NCBI GenBank assembly: GCA_016840085.1 | Contig: JAEOTA010000075.1 | Location: forward strand, 1-43,518 | Direction of reading: 5' to 3' | Source of the DNA: Promethearchaeota archaeon | GTDB taxonomy: Archaea; Asgardarchaeota; Lokiarchaeia; Sigyniarchaeales; SOKP01 | DNA: 43,518 bases | Part shown: one piece after another, positions 40,767 to 43,518 of the stretch | Numbering within the stretch: the stretch's first letter is position 1 | Layout: each line of letters starts with the position of its first letter | Position numbers and translations under genes: made by a program | The notes under the pieces: model-generated | What the model was told of the DNA's origin: nothing | The model's input: only the letters and a program-made list of their open reading frames with translations | Databases searched by the model: none

Positions 40767-42575
40767 ATGACAATAGCTAAAGGGAAAATAACTATTAAGA
40801 AATCTGGCAATGGTGGTTATAAGAGTGTATGGCTTTATATTCCAAGTAAGATAAGTAAAGATAATTCTTTTCCTTTTAATGAAAATGAAGAAGTATTAAT
40901 TGAAATAGAAGATGGATCTTTAGTTATCAGTAAAAACGAGGAACTTGCTAAAATTGTTAAAAACTTTGGAATTGATAATGCTACACTTCCAAAGTTATTA
41001 GAGATAAAAGCCGACAAAAATGGGGATAAACCCTTTCTTTATTTTAAAGATCAATATTTTTCTTATGTAGAAATTAATCGAAAATCAAATCAAATAGCCC
41101 ATGGAATAATGGAATTTATTAACAAATTGGATTTAAAAAAGCCTCATATTTCTATAATGATGGGTAATTGCCCAGAATATATTTTTACGTGGTTTGGTAT
41201 AATAAAAGCGGGATGTATATTCATTCCTATTAATTTATTTTTAAATAATGAACTCATAGAGTATGTACTAACTAATAGTGATACTGATATTATCATTACA
41301 GATTATAAATATTTTGTTAAATACAAGAATATATTTGCCAAACTAAAAAAAATTAAAATAATATTTATCCACAACGCTCCAGAAAACTTTAATTTTAATT
41401 CAAAATATTTAGATTTTAAGTTATTAAATAAGTCAAATTTAAGTAATCCTAAAATCTATATATACGATGAGGACCTTATAGAAATACTATATACAGGAGG
41501 ACGAACGGGAAAACCTAAAGGAATCGTAAAGAGAAAGATTGTTTTAAGTGGAATCGCTATAGGATATGAATTAAAAAAAATAGGCTTGAAAAAAGAAAAT
41601 AAAATATATTGCACTTACCCTTTATACATGCCAGCAGCACAATCATTTGTAATTATACCTTCATTATTTTATGATGTCTCTGTCATTATCTCTGACGAAT
41701 TTAGTCCATCAACTTTTTGGGAAATAGAAAAAAAATATAAACCTGATGGTTTTTGCTATTTTAGAGGTTATTTGGCAGAGTTATTACATCAAACACCTAA
41801 TATAATGGATAGAACCCATTCACTTAGATGGGCATATGGTGCCGGTGCAGACATTGATATATGGAATGCTTTTGAGAAGAGATTCGGGATTCCATTATAT
41901 GAATGTTGGGGACATTTAGAAGGCATAGGGGTAACTATTAATAGAATAGGATCTCAAGGAGGTAAAACAGGATCAGTAGGTACTCCAATAAATTATGTAG
42001 AATTAAAAATTATGGATTCAGAAGGAAAAGAATTATTCCCTGGTCGAGATAATGTCGGTGAAATAGCAGTTAAGCGCAAATATGGTGATATATTCGAATA
42101 TTACAAAGTACCTGAGAACACAGATGTAAGAATAGACGAAAATGGTTGGATGTTTACAGGTGATTATGGATATAGAGATTATGATGGCTTTGTTTATTTT
42201 AAGGGTAAGAAGGATGAGATTATAAATATTGAAGGTGATATAATTCTTACTAGAGATATAGAACGTATTGCTAATTCACATCCACATATTCTAGAAACTG
42301 CTGTTATTCCTATTAGTAATAAAAGTAATCCTAAAATTGATTTAAAATTAATAGCGAAAAAAGTGAAAAATCGTTCAATAACACATGAAGAACTCAGTGA
42401 TTATTTATATCATAATCTAGCTTATTATCAAGTGCCAAGATATATTGAATTTAAAGATGAATTAACTAAAGGTCCAGGTACTGAATTGCTAAAGGAAATC
42501 ATTAGACAAGAATCGAATAATCGAGAATCAAGGAATAATACCTGGGACACTAAAACACGAGATTTCTTGAAATAA
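40767..42575 (+). CDS. AbrB/SpoVT-like N-terminal domain fused to a CaiC-like acyl-CoA synthetase (ANL) fold with degenerate motifs
   Basis: Residues 1-57: KITIKKSG..SVWLYIPSKI..FPF..NEEVLIEIEDGSLVISK. Then NCPEY, KAG, YTGGRTGKPKG, FEKRFGIPL, TGDYG and LAYYQVPRYIEF. Confidence 0.85.
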   Translation: MTIAKGKITIKKSGNGGYKSVWLYIPSKISKDNSFPFNENEEVLIEIEDGSLVISKNEELAKIVKNFGIDNATLPKLLEIKADKNGDKPFLYFKDQYFSYVEINRKSNQIAHGIMEFINKLDLKKPHISIMMGNCPEYIFTWFGIIKAGCIFIPINLFLNNELIEYVLTNSDTDIIITDYKYFVKYKNIFAKLKKIKIIFIHNAPENFNFNSKYLDFKLLNKSNLSNPKIYIYDEDLIEILYTGGRTGKPKGIVKRKIVLSGIAIGYELKKIGLKKENKIYCTYPLYMPAAQSFVIIPSLFYDVSVIISDEFSPSTFWEIEKKYKPDGFCYFRGYLAELLHQTPNIMDRTHSLRWAYGAGADIDIWNAFEKRFGIPLYECWGHLEGIGVTINRIGSQGGKTGSVGTPINYVELKIMDSEGKELFPGRDNVGEIAVKRKYGDIFEYYKVPENTDVRIDENGWMFTGDYGYRDYDGFVYFKGKKDEIINIEGDIILTRDIERIANSHPHILETAVIPISNKSNPKIDLKLIAKKVKNRSITHEELSDYLYHNLAYYQVPRYIEFKDELTKGPGTELLKEIIRQESNNRESRNNTWDTKTRDFLK

Positions 42576-42701
42576 AACCCCAATTACTTTACGAACGTAA
42601 ATATCCATTTATGAATTCATCAAAATAAAAAGAATTTAAATTTATAAAATAATTTTAAAACCTAAGTTAGAAAATATTCCAAAAATGTGAGTTTTCGACA
42701 T

Positions 42702-43217
42702 ATGGACACTGAAAGTCAAACTGAACAAGAATATCCTAAAGAAAAAGGGCATATCAAAGTTGATTGGGGAAGGCAAGGTGGAGTTATTGCTGCCTATTTA
42801 GTTCTCCTCTTAGGGTATTATGGAATCATTGCGAATACAATGATGTATGATGAATATGGTCATTAGGTTCCCTTTATGGAGATGGATAGGACCATCCTTT
42901 TTTGGACGTATACTACATATTTAAATAATTTCTTCTTACCTGCATTGTTATTGTTTTTTGTTTGTTTACTTTTAACTTATAAGGAAGATATTCCGCATTA
43001 TGGAATTAAAGCGTCATTATGGGTAGTGCCACTCCTCATCGCGGAAGGATTCATATTCTATATTCTAATGTTTGGCTTCACATCTGAACCAGCATATCTC
43101 AAATTTGGTCGTATAGAAGGATATTTAGATATAATTATTTTATTTGGATTAGCTCTTTCTGGGGCGATAAGCGGTATGAAACTCAAGCAGTATATTGAAC
43201 AAAAAAGAGAAGTTTAA
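42702..43217 (+). pseudogene. Multi-pass membrane protein interrupted by one in-frame TAG at 42864-42866
   Basis: ATG 42702 is in frame with the listed ORF at 42876: MDTESQ...GVIAAYLVLLLGYYGIIANTMMYDEYGH*VPFMEMDRTILFW. One hydrophobic segment precedes the stop and about three follow it. Confidence 0.7.
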
Positions 43218-43518
43218 CTACTTTTAGATCTTATATAAATCTTGGAGCAATTAGCTAATTTAAGTATATAATTTTTACCCCTATAAGGAATTGAAAAGGA
43301 TTTTAAAAACATTTCTAAAGTCTTATTATCTTAAACCTTTCAAATTGATCAAAATAAAAATAACTATATTTAAATAAAATTCTTATTTTTGATGATAATT
43401 TTTAATTTACCTTCTTTTTTTAAATCTTCAATCACCTTTAAACTTTAATCCGACATTATTTTCTTATTTTCTTAAGTCAAATCAGTAATTTATATGAAGT
43501 TTTATGGAGTATTTGAGG

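Noticed and set aside
1511-41017. Numerous 60-145 aa ORFs nested in or antisense to long genes (e.g. 2299..2517, 5986..6336, 20900..21265, 39325..39762)
   Set aside because: They overlap well-supported CDSs, lack motifs, and read as antisense or frameshift shadows.
1-43518. Genome-wide TAG or TGA recoding
   Set aside because: TAG ends the genes at 1391, 5895, 25562 and 30596, and TGA ends several others, at expected C-termini followed by terminator-like tracts or ATGA overlaps. No internal TGA was found at Cys positions.
43214-43518. Short minus-strand protein-like fragments (LKVIEDLKKEGKLKII; MFLKSFSIPYRGKNY)
   Set aside because: Interrupted by stops, under 35 aa and with no recognisable family. 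They could be a relic but this cannot be supported.
1-43518. CRISPR arrays, tRNA/rRNA genes, IS elements, prophage
   Set aside because: Intergenic gaps are short and AT-rich, with no regularly spaced repeats, GC-rich structured segments, transposase, integrase or terminal repeats visible.

Overview
AT-rich, gene-dense archaeal-looking window with T-tract terminators and GGTGA/GGAGG ribosome-binding sites. The gene repertoire suggests Lokiarchaeia/Asgard, which is an inference and not proven. It is a lipid and organic-matter catabolic region. It carries three anchorless, Tat-less DMSO-reductase-family molybdoenzyme + ferredoxin pairs and a large beta-oxidation toolkit: 4 crotonases, 3 thiolase-fold genes, 2 SDRs, a MaoC hydratase-2, an SCP2-like protein, FadH and an acyl-CoA-synthetase fold. 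It also carries many hydrolases, two paralogous wHTH-Fe-S proteins and a HEPN-MNT toxin-antitoxin pair. The most notable observations are: (1) an AbrB/SpoVT-like DNA-binding domain fused to an acyl-CoA synthetase with degenerate catalytic motifs, a candidate new one-component regulator; (2) an intact thiolase paralog with all three catalytic residues replaced, in tandem with an active thiolase; (3) a DmsB ferredoxin split in the middle of an Fe-S motif by a complete GltD-type flavoprotein, paired with a DmsA-like subunit showing an apparent FS0 cysteine swap; (4) an RHH-DUF5678-retropepsin triple fusion upstream of the HEPN-MNT pair; (5) three single-base anomalies (an in-frame TAA, an in-frame TAG and an ATA start) in otherwise intact genes. 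No rRNA, tRNA, CRISPR array or transposase was recognised.
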